Source: Trichodesmium erythraeum IMS101
GTDB taxonomy: Bacteria > Cyanobacteriota > Cyanobacteriia > Cyanobacteriales > Microcoleaceae
Direction of reading: 5' to 3'
Length of the DNA: 32,000 nt
Assembly (NCBI RefSeq): GCF_000014265.1
Contig: NC_008312.1
Span: forward strand, 1,380,001 to 1,412,000
Part shown: piece by piece, positions 19,161-28,719 of the stretch
How the letters are laid out: each line of letters begins with the position of its first letter
Position numbering within the stretch: the stretch's first letter is position 1
Position numbers and translations under genes: made by a program
The notes under the pieces: generated by a model
What the model saw: only the letters and a program-made list of their open reading frames with translations
Told to the model about the DNA's origin: nothing
Databases searched by the model: none

Positions 19161-19377
19161 TTTGAAGTCAAAAGTCAAAATTCAAAGGTTCAAAGTTCAA
19201 AGTTAGAGTTTAGAAGTTAAAAGTCAAAAGCTCAAAGTCAAAATTTCAAAGTTATAGTTTCAAAGTTATAGTTTAGAAGTTTAAAATCAAATTTTCAAAT
19301 TTCAAAGTCAAAATTTCAAAAAATTAAAGTCCAAACTTCAAGTTTCAAAGTAAAAGTTAGAATTTCACAGTTAAAAG
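19161..19377. repeat. Degenerate heptamer tandem array (about 31 units; + strand TTCAAAG/TCAAAAG, - strand CTTTGAA), STRR-like
   Basis: Cutting 19161-19377 into 7-mers gives tttgaag tcaaaag tcaaaat tcaaagg ttcaaag ttcaaag ttagagt ttagaag ttaaaag tcaaaag ... ttaaaag. The array begins 4 nt from the RND start codon (19154-19156 on the + strand). Confidence 0.9.
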
Positions 19378-19452
19378 TAATACTTTAACTGTGATTAAAT
19401 TGGTAAATCTTATAAAATATTAAACAATAAATAGCTATAGTATTTAATAGGA

Positions 19453-19492
19453 ATTAGGCAAATAAACCTGGTTTATGTGATAAATCATTGTT
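19453..19492. repeat. Palindromic motif copy with both flanks (ATTAGGCAAATAAACC-T-GGTTTATGTGATAAATCATTGTT)
   Basis: The core ATAAACC-T-GGTTTAT (19462-19476) is a perfect 7+1+7 palindrome. The left flank ATTAGG matches the 8788 copy. The right flank AAATCATTGTT matches TAATCATTGTT at 11037-11047. Confidence 0.8.
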
Positions 19493-19851
19493 TTAAGAAT
19501 AGACATCTAAGAAAAAAATAGGGTTTCTAGTTTTATTTGCGTAAGTCTAATTTAATTGATAAAAATTCAAAGCATTGAAACTGTGGATAGAATAGACATC
19601 TCCAATAATAAAAAATCAACAGGACGAACAGAAAGCCCCTACTAGATATGGCGGTTTTATGTAAGTCATGATAAGATTAATTATCCCACAGAAATTATCA
19701 AAATTTCCCCCTATACGGAAATTTAAAAAATAAAAAAATATAATGTCCCTACTAATGCCTAATCTCTATCCTAAAATATAGCGCTTAATCGTGATTATGA
19801 GGCATAATAATAGTACTTACAGTAGATTCCCAACTAAATATAGTATAATTA

Positions 19852-19918
19852 ATGAGATAAATATTTTTGGCTTGTTTCCTATCCCAATTCCTTAAAACTA
19901 TCAATATATTTATCTCAT
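19852..19918 (+). promoter_or_regulatory. 13-bp perfect inverted repeat upstream of the nuclease gene
   Basis: ATGAGATAAATAT (19852-19864) and ATATTTATCTCAT (19906-19918) are separated by 41 nt and lie 51-117 bp upstream of the ATG at 19969. A TATAAT hexamer at 19844-19849 sits immediately upstream of the left arm. Confidence 0.3.
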
Positions 19919-19968
19919 AACTTAGGAAACCATTCTATTTGTAGATAGCTAGCAACTTTTAATGATTA

Positions 19969-20772
19969 ATGAAAGAAATAATCAAGAATATTTTAACTAA
20001 CCTAGGCCAGGTCAAACTACCTGCTCCATCATATTTTGATTCTCTTGAAACTTACACAGTTAAGAAAGTCTCAGATGCCGACACCTTTAATGTTGTTGCT
20101 AATGGTTCTGAGGTAGAAATGACTGTCCGTTTTGTTTATATTGATACCCCAGAAACTCCTAAAGGATGGGGAGATTCACAGGTGGAAAAAATGAATCATA
20201 AAAATAAAAATCCAATATATCGTAGTCAATTTGAATGGGGAGAAAAAGGTAAAGATAGGCTCCAAGAATTAGTTCAAAAAAGTGATAATCAAGTCAAAGT
20301 TAAAGTTACTGGAGAAGAAAACCGACCAGGGCGATCGCCACGTTGTTTTGGTGAAGTTTATTTACTAGATGGTACTTTTGTACAGCACATCTTAGTAAAA
20401 GAAGGTTTAGCTCGAGTTTATTATGATTATATTAGCGAATGCCCTAGAGAAATTGCAATTATGTTATTCTTGGCAGAAGCTGATGCTGAGATAAACCAAC
20501 GGGGAATATGGCAAGAACTTCAATCAGAATTTATGGCTCCTTGGGTATTCCGTTCCCTCAAGAAAAAACAAAAGAATTTTCTTAAAGATATAGGTAAAGA
20601 ATTGAAAGCAGGTTCAATTAATGAAGCTGAGTTTGAAGCCAAGTTTGAGCTTAAACTGCAGCAGCAAAATCAGATTTTATCAATTCTTCAAAAAGAGTTG
20701 ATAAGTGGTCTAATTACCCAAGCCAAGTTTGAGGATAAGTGCAAAGAAGAATTGAATCATTTATTTGCATAA
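19969..20772 (+). CDS. Staphylococcal-nuclease (thermonuclease/SNase)-like nuclease with two SHOCT-like C-terminal repeats
   Basis: 267 aa. The SNase-fold motifs are VKKVSDADTFNV, VRFVYIDTPE (compare RLxGIDxPE), GR..CFGEVYLLDGTFVQHILVKEGLARVYY and AEADAEINQRGIWQ. The C-terminal repeats LKAGSINEAEFEAKFELKL and LISGLITQAKFEDKCKEEL resemble the SHOCT short C-terminal domain. I see no obvious signal peptide. Confidence 0.75.
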   Translation: MKEIIKNILTNLGQVKLPAPSYFDSLETYTVKKVSDADTFNVVANGSEVEMTVRFVYIDTPETPKGWGDSQVEKMNHKNKNPIYRSQFEWGEKGKDRLQELVQKSDNQVKVKVTGEENRPGRSPRCFGEVYLLDGTFVQHILVKEGLARVYYDYISECPREIAIMLFLAEADAEINQRGIWQELQSEFMAPWVFRSLKKKQKNFLKDIGKELKAGSINEAEFEAKFELKLQQQNQILSILQKELISGLITQAKFEDKCKEELNHLFA

Positions 20773-21301
20773 TCAATTATATTTTCACATCAAAATATAA
20801 TCTTTTTTATAATTTTATTGGTTATAATTTCTGAATTTATATTGATAGTTTTTAGCAATTTTATCTGATATCTAAAAAATGCTCACTTTAGTTAACCATA
20901 ACTATTATTTATTTTATTTTCATCAATAATTTAAGTAAGCTGTGAAACATTAAATTTTAAGATATAAAAATAGTAATTTTGACTATCAAAATTAATTTTC
21001 AGAGGATTGCCACTATTTTTTTAATCAAAGAATATGTAATTTAAATACCTAGAAACTTGGGTTTCTATTAAAAAGATTGTTTTGACCAAGTATTAAGTGA
21101 AAATAGATAAAGTCTTAAAAACCCTTTCATAAATCCTCTGTAGAATTTTGATAAATTCTAGTAGTACCATAAATTTTGATTATGATCTAATCATAATAAG
21201 CAAGTATACAAAATTAATTATGCATCTATACAAGCTGAATTTTTACCAGGCAAAAAAAATCTAAGAATTAGAAGATGCCAATAAATTAGTAATTATACTT
21301 A

Positions 21302-21336
21302 TTCCTGTAGAGACTAATATTTCATCCCTACAGGAA
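21302..21336 (-). terminator. Possible argG terminator hairpin
   Basis: TTCCTGTAG (21302-21310) and CTACAGGAA (21328-21336) form a 9-bp stem starting 33 nt downstream of the argG stop. No clean U-run follows on either strand. Confidence 0.3.
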
Positions 21337-21368
21337 CAACTAATCAAACTTAAAAAATCACCCAGCTA

Positions 21369-22583
21369 TTAACCCCGGAGTTTCTCTGACCAAACACGAG
21401 TCGGCAAACCCCAAACATAAATAAATCCTTCCGCCGCTTTATGGTCAAACTCATCCTCCGCACCATAAGTCGCTAAGTCAAAACTATACAAAGAATTATC
21501 AGACTTACGACCAACAACCATTGCATTACCCTTAAACAACTTGACCCGCACAACACCAGTCACCCTTTCCTGGGTCTGCTGAATAAAAGCATCCAATGCA
21601 CCCTTCAACGGACTAAACCACAAACCGTTATAAACCAACTGACTATAAGTCTCCTCAATACCCCGCTTATAACGAGTTACATCAGCAGTTAAAGTCAAAC
21701 TCTCTAAATCTCGGTGTCCTTGAATTAACACCCACATTGCCGGAGACTCATAAATTTCTCTCGACTTAATCCCCACCAGACGGTTTTCAATCATGTCAAT
21801 TCGACCAATGCCATGGTTTCCTGCTATCTGATTAAGTTTAGTTATCAACTCAATACCACCCATTTCTTGACCATTAAGACTAACAGGAATACCCCGCTCA
21901 AAACCAATCTCTATATATTCTGGTTCGTTGGGAGTGTCAGCGATCGCCTTAGTCATCCCATAAACTTCTTCTGGGGGCTCCACCCAAGGATCTTCCAACT
22001 CACCAGCTTCGATCGCCATCCCCAATAAATTCTTATCTATACTATAAGGGGAAGATTTTTTCACAGGAGCCGGAATGCCATACTCTTCACCATAAGCAAT
22101 AGTCTCCTCCCGACTCATTCCCCACTCCCGCGCAGGTGCAAGAATCTTAATTTGAGGATTTAGTGCGGCAATAGCAACATCAAACCTTACCTGGTCATTA
22201 CCTTTTCCTGTACAACCGTGGGCAATAGCATCAGCACCATATTTTTCTGCTGCCTCTACTAATATTTTGGCAATTAGAGGTCGAGCTAATGCTGTTGCTA
22301 GAGGGTAGCGATTTTCATATAGAGCATTTGCTTGAATAGCAGGAAAAGCATATTCTTTAATTAGAGGTTCAATAACATCTATGACTAGAGATTCTACTGC
22401 CCCAGAATCTAATGCTTTTTTCCGAACTCCTTCTAATTCATCTCCTTGACCTAAATCTGCTGCTAGGGTAATTACTTCTTTTACTCCCCATTCATTTTTC
22501 AGATAAGGGATACAAACAGAAGTATCTACTCCTCCAGAATAAGCTAGCACAACTTTAGTAGCACGACTCATATTTTTATTCAA
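21369..22583 (-). CDS. argG: Argininosuccinate synthase
   Basis: 404 aa with the [12 protein letters not shown]-pyrophosphatase motif, [12 protein letters not shown] and a conserved C-terminal half. The true start may be the internal Met five codons in ([11 protein letters not shown]...). Confidence 0.95.
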   Translation of the reverse strand: MNKNMSRATKVVLAYSGGVDTSVCIPYLKNEWGVKEVITLAADLGQGDELEGVRKKALDSGAVESLVIDVIEPLIKEYAFPAIQANALYENRYPLATALARPLIAKILVEAAEKYGADAIAHGCTGKGNDQVRFDVAIAALNPQIKILAPAREWGMSREETIAYGEEYGIPAPVKKSSPYSIDKNLLGMAIEAGELEDPWVEPPEEVYGMTKAIADTPNEPEYIEIGFERGIPVSLNGQEMGGIELITKLNQIAGNHGIGRIDMIENRLVGIKSREIYESPAMWVLIQGHRDLESLTLTADVTRYKRGIEETYSQLVYNGLWFSPLKGALDAFIQQTQERVTGVVRVKLFKGNAMVVGRKSDNSLYSFDLATYGAEDEFDHKAAEGFIYVWGLPTRVWSEKLRG

Positions 22584-23155
22584 AAATTAACAACTGAGTT
22601 ATTATTATTAAACTAAATCTGTAGCTTTATTGTTAATTAAAGTATAAACTTTTTTTATGCCAATAAAAACCTTAATAAATTTTACTACAGAGGAAACCAA
22701 AAGTTTTTCTGATTTTTGAATTTTAAATTTGAGTTTTACTTAGACTCTACAGTAAACGTCCAAAGTTATAATTTTGAATAATGCCACCTTCCCCAACAAT
22801 AGTCCCTATCAGAACCAACACAGGAGGGCAAAAACACAATCTTTTTAGGCAATCTTTTTAAGTGACAGATATAGCGCGACGGAACTTTTAGGAGTCCTCG
22901 GATTAAAAATCTTAGGAAAAGTCAAAACTAAAAAGGATTTGGTAGTTCTGCTCCCGTAATGGTTTTTGAGTAAGTAAAATGGGGGTTGGGTTGGGGGGAA
23001 TTGAGTAGTTGGGGTGATGGGGAGTATTCTTCCCACTATTTGACCCTAATCTTGAGTTTTTCCTTTTCTCCAAGAAGAAAAATTATCATGCCCCCATATC
23101 TTTCACTAAGGACCCAAGTAGCACTACCCAGGATTGAATATAAATAACTGACTCT

Positions 23156-24088
23156 ATGTTTTTTAGTATAATTATTCCCACTTATAATCGCCTGGGAATT
23201 TTAGAAAAATGCCTCCGTGCCCTAGAAAGTCAAACTTATGAACAACACATAACCGAATATGAAGTAATAGTTGTCGATGATGGTTCAACAGATGATACTA
23301 TCCCCTGGCTAAAAGCTAATGCCACAGAATTTCCCCATCTCCAACTTTGGCCTCAGTCTCACCAGGGACCAGCAGCAGCCAGAAATTTAGGAGTTGAAGT
23401 AGCTAGGGGAAATTTTATTATTTTTATAGATAGTGACTTAGTAGTAACAGATAATTTTCTTCAGGCCCATGCAAATACTTTAATTAAATATGGCAAAAAA
23501 TCAAACTGTATCTTTACTTATGGCAGAGTAATTAATACTTGTAATTTTGATTTTCCCACTTTAGAACCATTAAAATTGACGGATTTTTCAGCAGCTTTTT
23601 TTGCTACTGGAAATGTAGCGATCGCTCGTCATTGGTTAATTGAAGCTGGATTATTTGATACTAATTTTAACCAGTATGGTTGGGAAGATTTAGAGTTAGG
23701 AATTAGGCTAAAAAAATTAGGTTTAAAATTAATTAAATGCTCAGAAGCAGTAGGTTATCATTGGCATCCACCCTTTTCTTTGGAGCAATTGCCAAGAATG
23801 ATTGACAGAGAAATTCAAAGAGGAAAAATGGGAGTTTTATTCTATCAAAAACATCCTATATTGGAAGTAAAAATTATGATTCAAATGACTTATTTCCACA
23901 AGTTATTATGGGGAGTTTTATCACTAGGTGGGAGACTAAATGAGAAAACAATGGCAGTTTTTTTACAATGGTTAATTGACCGAGGTAAATCACAATTGGC
24001 TTTAGAAATTTCTCGAATATTTTTGAATTGGTATAATGTCAAAGCTGTTTATAGTGCTTATGCTAATATTGATGGTTTTAGGAAGTAA
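23156..24088 (+). CDS. Family 2 glycosyltransferase
   Basis: 310 aa with IIIPTYNR, VIVVDDGSTDDT and a DSD (DxD) motif, giving a GT-A fold N-terminal half. Confidence 0.85.
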   Translation: MFFSIIIPTYNRLGILEKCLRALESQTYEQHITEYEVIVVDDGSTDDTIPWLKANATEFPHLQLWPQSHQGPAAARNLGVEVARGNFIIFIDSDLVVTDNFLQAHANTLIKYGKKSNCIFTYGRVINTCNFDFPTLEPLKLTDFSAAFFATGNVAIARHWLIEAGLFDTNFNQYGWEDLELGIRLKKLGLKLIKCSEAVGYHWHPPFSLEQLPRMIDREIQRGKMGVLFYQKHPILEVKIMIQMTYFHKLLWGVLSLGGRLNEKTMAVFLQWLIDRGKSQLALEISRIFLNWYNVKAVYSAYANIDGFRK

Positions 24089-24360
24089 TACTATTTCTCA
24101 ATCATTTATGCTATTCTACTGAGAAGTTGTATAATATAATCCCATCTCAATAGCAATTATTTTCTCCTAGCTTATCAAACCCAAACCAAGACTCTATCTA
24201 CTTGAAAACTAGAAATTCTAATGCTAGAGTTGAAGTTTTTGCTAAAGTTTTTTCTTCCTCTAATTATTGAATATTTTATATAGACTCGAAAATATGATAA
24301 TTTCCGAAAAATAATTTGGAAGTATTTTGAGATAACTATAGCTAATTTAGCCATACTATA

Positions 24361-24582
24361 ATGATTGAACCTGATTTTCCTCATATTATACTTACCTTCG
24401 AATATAAAGGTTGGAAGGTCGAAATTGACCAAGGTGAAATGAATGGATCTGCTACTTATGCAGTTTGGGCTAATTATAATAATGGTTGTGTTGTAGCAGT
24501 ACCATTAGCTTCCTCTCGACAAGAGGCAGTTAGACGTGCCAAGCAATGGATTAATACTCGAAATAAGAAAAATAAAACTTAG
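24361..24582 (+). CDS. Small hypothetical protein (73 aa)
   Basis: Open frame whose composition is non-junk compared with the flanking DNA (FEYKGWKVEIDQGEMNGSATYAVWANYNNGCVVAVPLASSRQEAVRRAKQWI). I recognise no domain and see no clear SD sequence. Confidence 0.45.
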   Translation: MIEPDFPHIILTFEYKGWKVEIDQGEMNGSATYAVWANYNNGCVVAVPLASSRQEAVRRAKQWINTRNKKNKT

Positions 24583-24882
24583 GTTCTCATCTATATTTTT
24601 TGAGGGTTAGTTGTACTTAATTTTTTTGTTTTCTTTTGCCTATTCTTTATTAAGTTACTTCTTAAAACCTATCACTTTGTATTTTTCTCTTTAATCCTAT
24701 AAGTAAAATTTAATATAACACTAATTCCCCAAAATAATATAATGTAAGACTTAAGAGCAAAACTTCAGCTATTAAGTAATAAGTCAGTAATAGCAATTTT
24801 TTTAACCTATACTGTGCCAAGAATATAATTATTACTTATTAATCACGAATATGACTCCCTAATAAATTAAATAATTCAGTCA

Positions 24883-25695
24883 TTATTTATGATCTTTCCC
24901 TTCCTTAAAAGCCATAATTATAATTATTTTGTAATCAGCTATCCATTGACCTTTATAAAATAGATTAGGACGCAATCTATTTTTAATATCATCAATAATA
25001 ACATTTTGCTTTTTTTCAGGAATCCCTTGAAAAAAACAAATCGCAAAAATATTAATCCAATTACGTAGACCATTTTCTCCATTTTTAAGTTTAGTTAGTA
25101 TTCCTAATAAAGTTGCAAAAATCGATAAAAGAACTTTTAATTTTAAAAGTTTAGCAGATTCTCTAATACTAGGAAAATATCAAGAATTAAGCTTTTTATT
25201 ACTGCCATAACCAGCAGCATCTAAAGCTTCATAAATACCACTAATAATTGTTTTAACATTACCTTTTATTCCAAATTATGTGAGGAAACGACCTCCTAGT
25301 TTTATTAGACGCCAAATATCAGTGAGAAATTTTTCTTGTTGTTAAATATAATCAAATGTTATATTAGAAAATACTGCATCGAATGTTTATTTAAACTCAA
25401 TGTTAATTTCATCTCCTACTAAAAACTCAGTATCTGGATAACAACAGTTTGCTCGCTAAACTATAGTAAAAGTATTATCAATTCCTATAATATTTGCTCC
25501 TTTTGTAGTAATTTTATAATTTAGATTACCTGTACCACAAACAAGAGCAAGAATTTTTTATCCATTTTGCATACTTAGCAGCTCTAATAAATTTCTTGCC
25601 AAGCTAGAAACAAAATAATATTTACTCTCATAAAGTTCTACATCACACTGATTGAAAGAGACATTTGATAAGTTTTTATTTGTATAATTTTTCAT
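24883..25695 (-). pseudogene. Class I SAM-dependent methyltransferase pseudogene (six in-frame stops, no frameshift)
   Basis: I translated it codon by codon in one frame from ATG 25695. Motif I reads KILALVCGTGN (degenerate LDLGCGTG), followed by IIGIDN, FDAVFSNITFDYI and LIKLGGRF. Stop codons lie at 25558-60 (TAA), 25456-58 (TAG), 25387-89 (TAA), 25342-44 (TAA), 25276-78 (TAA) and 25180-82 (TGA). The frame stays intact to the terminal TAA at 24883-85. Confidence 0.82.
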
Positions 25696-26489
25696 AGTAG
25701 TATCACTAGTAATTTATTCTATGAATTATATTTACTTGTCAGCTAAAATTTGTTAATTCAAAAGTAAAAAATAAGGTTTAAATGATGAATATAGATAATT
25801 TATATAATCTATAACCTAGTGTTTTCAAAGTTCAAAAACTATAAATAAACTCTGAAACCATTGCCTATTGAACCGATGACTTCAAACCCCTATACCCAAA
25901 ACTATAAGATGGGTAAAAAAAATTAACTTTAGAGTATTACTATATTGAGTTCAACAAGTAGTAATAGTTAGAATATTTTAAAAAAAAATACTTTAGTAAT
26001 AAGTGGAAATAATATTAATAGAGAAAAGTGATTTTAGCTATAGCCAAACATTTGGAATTAGCATAATGAGTAGAATATTCTCAGCAAAACTTTTCAGTTA
26101 AGACCCTATTTAATGTCGATTAGTATACTAACTTTTTTTTAGCTTTGTAATATTGACTTGACAAAAAAAATTTAGCGATCGCTCATTAGGATAACTTGAT
26201 TTTTCAAAATATCCAAAATAGACTGTATATAATCGCATCAAAGCATAACTATATACCCAGCATTTATCTACAAAAAAATTTCGAGATAATACTAGGTACT
26301 TTCTGAATTTTTAAGTAAAAATACTGTGATAATATAATAATAGTCATAAATCATAACTATTAAGTTAATAATATCTCTAAAAACCTCTAGTTTATAGATT
26401 AAATTTATTAAGAATAAATAGTTATTTTATGATAATAAATACAATAATCATCTTGATTTTAATACATAAGTTATTTAGGAGTAGGCCTT

Positions 26490-27422
26490 ATGGCAAATAA
26501 CATGGTAGCTTCAGATCTGTGGATAAGTGAGCATATTACACCTTGGGATATTTATGTTCATGGCCTTACTAAGGTACTTGCCTACAAAAAAACTGCTTAC
26601 CAAGAAATGTACATTGTAGAAACAGGTATTTATGGTAAGGCACTGGTTCTTGATGGTAAATGGCAGTCTTGTACAGGGGATGAATTTCTATACCATGAAC
26701 CCCTGGTCCATCCTGCTATGATTTGTCATGGGTCTCCTCGCAAAGTTCTTGTTCTTGGTGGTGGTGAGGGAGCTACTATTCGGGAAGTTTTCCGTTGGCA
26801 AAGTGTAGAAAAAGTGGCCATGGTTGATATTGATGGAGAAGTAGTAGAAGCTTGTCGTCAATATTTGCCGGAGATGCATGCCAATGCTTTTGATGACCCC
26901 CGCCTCCAGTTGGTCATTGGTGATGCTTTAAAATTTTTGGAGACTTTTGGTGAGAGTTGGGATGTGGTCATTTCTGATCTTTCTGATCCTATTGAAGAGG
27001 GACCATCATTTCAATTGTTTACAAAGGAATATTTTGAAAAAATTCTGCGGGTACTTACCCCGGGAGGATTTTTTGTTGTACAGGCAGGTCCTGTTTCCCC
27101 TGGTGAAATGAAACTTCATGCTCGAATTGTTAATACAATGAAGGCTGTATTTCCTTTTGTTCAATCTTATAATAGTAATATTCCTACTTATGGTCGACCT
27201 TGGGGTTTTGCACTGGGCTCTAGGAAAATGGTTAATAGTCGCCCTGAACCAGAAATGATTGATAAACTTCTGAAAGAAAAAACTATTGGTGGGTTCCGGA
27301 TGTTGGATGGCACTACCTTATTAGGAATGTTGCAGGTACCACTACATCTGCGAGAAGCGATCGCTACTGAAACAAAAATCTATACTTTAGCAGAACCTCC
27401 AAAATTTGGTCGTCCTGCATAG
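26490..27422 (+). CDS. speE: Spermidine synthase / polyamine aminopropyltransferase
   Basis: 310 aa with VLVLGGGEGATIREV, MVDIDGEVVEACRQYLP and VISDLSDP, the spermidine synthase family signature blocks. Confidence 0.88.
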   Translation: MANNMVASDLWISEHITPWDIYVHGLTKVLAYKKTAYQEMYIVETGIYGKALVLDGKWQSCTGDEFLYHEPLVHPAMICHGSPRKVLVLGGGEGATIREVFRWQSVEKVAMVDIDGEVVEACRQYLPEMHANAFDDPRLQLVIGDALKFLETFGESWDVVISDLSDPIEEGPSFQLFTKEYFEKILRVLTPGGFFVVQAGPVSPGEMKLHARIVNTMKAVFPFVQSYNSNIPTYGRPWGFALGSRKMVNSRPEPEMIDKLLKEKTIGGFRMLDGTTLLGMLQVPLHLREAIATETKIYTLAEPPKFGRPA

Positions 27423-27783
27423 TAATTATTTTTGAGTAAAACTGGAATTATATGATGGGAAGGCAGAGAGTATAGGTGCCTGATATGGGACTTTTTTTGA
27501 GAGTTTTTACCCTAAGCATAAACAAACAATATTAAGATCCTATCTTTTTCACTATTTCTATACTACTACTACAAAATTTTTCGGTAAAAGTTCCACTAAC
27601 AACTGAAGTTATATTAAAAGGGAACAAGGTTAGGAGGTTGACTATACAATACTAACTTGTATAAGCCAATACGGTTCAGATAAAATCAAGGTTCGATCAG
27701 ATTCTGAATTCCTATAATTCCTAATATTTCTGGCTAGCGCCATATACTCCAAAAAATTTTAATTGTATTTCAGAGTAACTCAA

Positions 27784-27951
27784 ATGTCTATACTAAGAAT
27801 TCTAGCTGCTATTTTTTTACCACCATTAGGAGTTTTTTTAACTGTTGGTCTAGGTGGTGCTTTTTGGATTAATCTTCTCCTAACTATTTTTGGCTTTTAT
27901 ATTGCTGGCATTGTTCATGCTATTTGGGTAATTGCCAAGCATGATAATTAA
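27784..27951 (+). CDS. Pmp3/YqaE (UPF0057) family small membrane proteolipid
   Basis: MSILRILAAIFLPPLGVFL...GFYIAGIVHAIWVI is a two-TM proteolipid with the family's LPPLGV motif. The track ORF starts at TTG 27763; ATG 27784 gives the typical ~55-aa size. Confidence 0.8.
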   Translation: MSILRILAAIFLPPLGVFLTVGLGGAFWINLLLTIFGFYIAGIVHAIWVIAKHDN

Positions 27952-28254
27952 ATTAAGTAATTAAGATAGGGGTGAGTTTTGTCTGATGTCTGATGAATTT
28001 TTAACTCAAAATAATCATTAACTCATCTCTATTAATATGAGTAATATGAATGAATTTTGATTATTAATTGTTCACAGTAAATCATTCAATTACTGACAAG
28101 TAATAAATTATCAAAAATCTCTAAACAGATGTGAAAATGATTACCATTGAAATAGATGTTTAGAGTTTTTTAAAAACATTAACTTTTTTCATTCAAAGCT
28201 ATACTAAATTAAATCTTAGTAATCTAACTAATCAACAGTAACGTCACAATAATT

Positions 28255-28719
28255 ATGAAAGGTATAATACTTGCAGTTTCTATTCAAAAAGGTAATGGAA
28301 TAATCTCTGGTGATGATGGCAAAAGATATAGGTTTCTGCTATCAAGTTGGTACGCTGAACAGAACCCAAAACAAGGCTTAAGGGTTGATTTTGATACAAC
28401 TCCTGAAGGAGAAGCATTGGATATATACCAAGATATTTCTGATATTTCTGCATCACCATCAAGTCAACTGAATCCTAAAAATCGTGGAATTGCTGCAATT
28501 TTAGCTTTTTTTCTAGGTGCGTTTGGAGCACATAAATTTTATCTTGGCTACTCTCAAGCAGCAATAATAATGCTTATTGTTTCTTTAGTTGGTTCATTTC
28601 TTGTAATTCCAACCTTAGTTATGAGTATTATTGCATTTATTGAGTTTATTACCTATTTAACTAAGTCTGACCAAGAGTTTTACGATACTTACTTGAAAAA
28701 TAAAAAAGCATGGTTTTAA
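28255..28719 (+). CDS. TM2 domain-containing membrane protein with soluble N-terminal domain
   Basis: 154 aa. The C-terminal IAAILAFFLGAFGAHKFYLGYSQAAIIMLIV plus a second TM helix match the TM2 domain. The N-terminal ~60 aa are hydrophilic and beta-rich. Confidence 0.8.
   Translation: MKGIILAVSIQKGNGIISGDDGKRYRFLLSSWYAEQNPKQGLRVDFDTTPEGEALDIYQDISDISASPSSQLNPKNRGIAAILAFFLGAFGAHKFYLGYSQAAIIMLIVSLVGSFLVIPTLVMSIIAFIEFITYLTKSDQEFYDTYLKNKKAWF

Noticed and set aside
19161-19377. CRISPR array (also considered for the tandem repeats at 1091-1134 and 30571-30601)
   Set aside because: The units are 7 or 11 nt and directly abutting, with no unique spacers, no 25-40 nt repeats and no cas genes.
24883-25695. 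The in-frame stops in the methyltransferase as stop-codon recoding or an alternative genetic code
   Set aside because: All three stop codons are used as genuine terminators by well-conserved neighbouring genes of normal length. The catalytic motif I is also degenerate (ILALVCGTG), which fits decay.
27659-27672. NtcA-type box TGTA-N8-TACG upstream of the Pmp3 gene
   Set aside because: GTA-N8-TAC is expected several times by chance in 32 kb. The nearest -10-like TATAAT (27713-27718) lies about 40 nt downstream rather than the canonical ~22 nt.
27688-27700. GGTTCGAT T-loop-like sequence suggesting a tRNA
   Set aside because: There is no complementary T-stem, acceptor stem or anticodon arm around it. 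I found no other tRNA-like or rRNA-like segment in the window.
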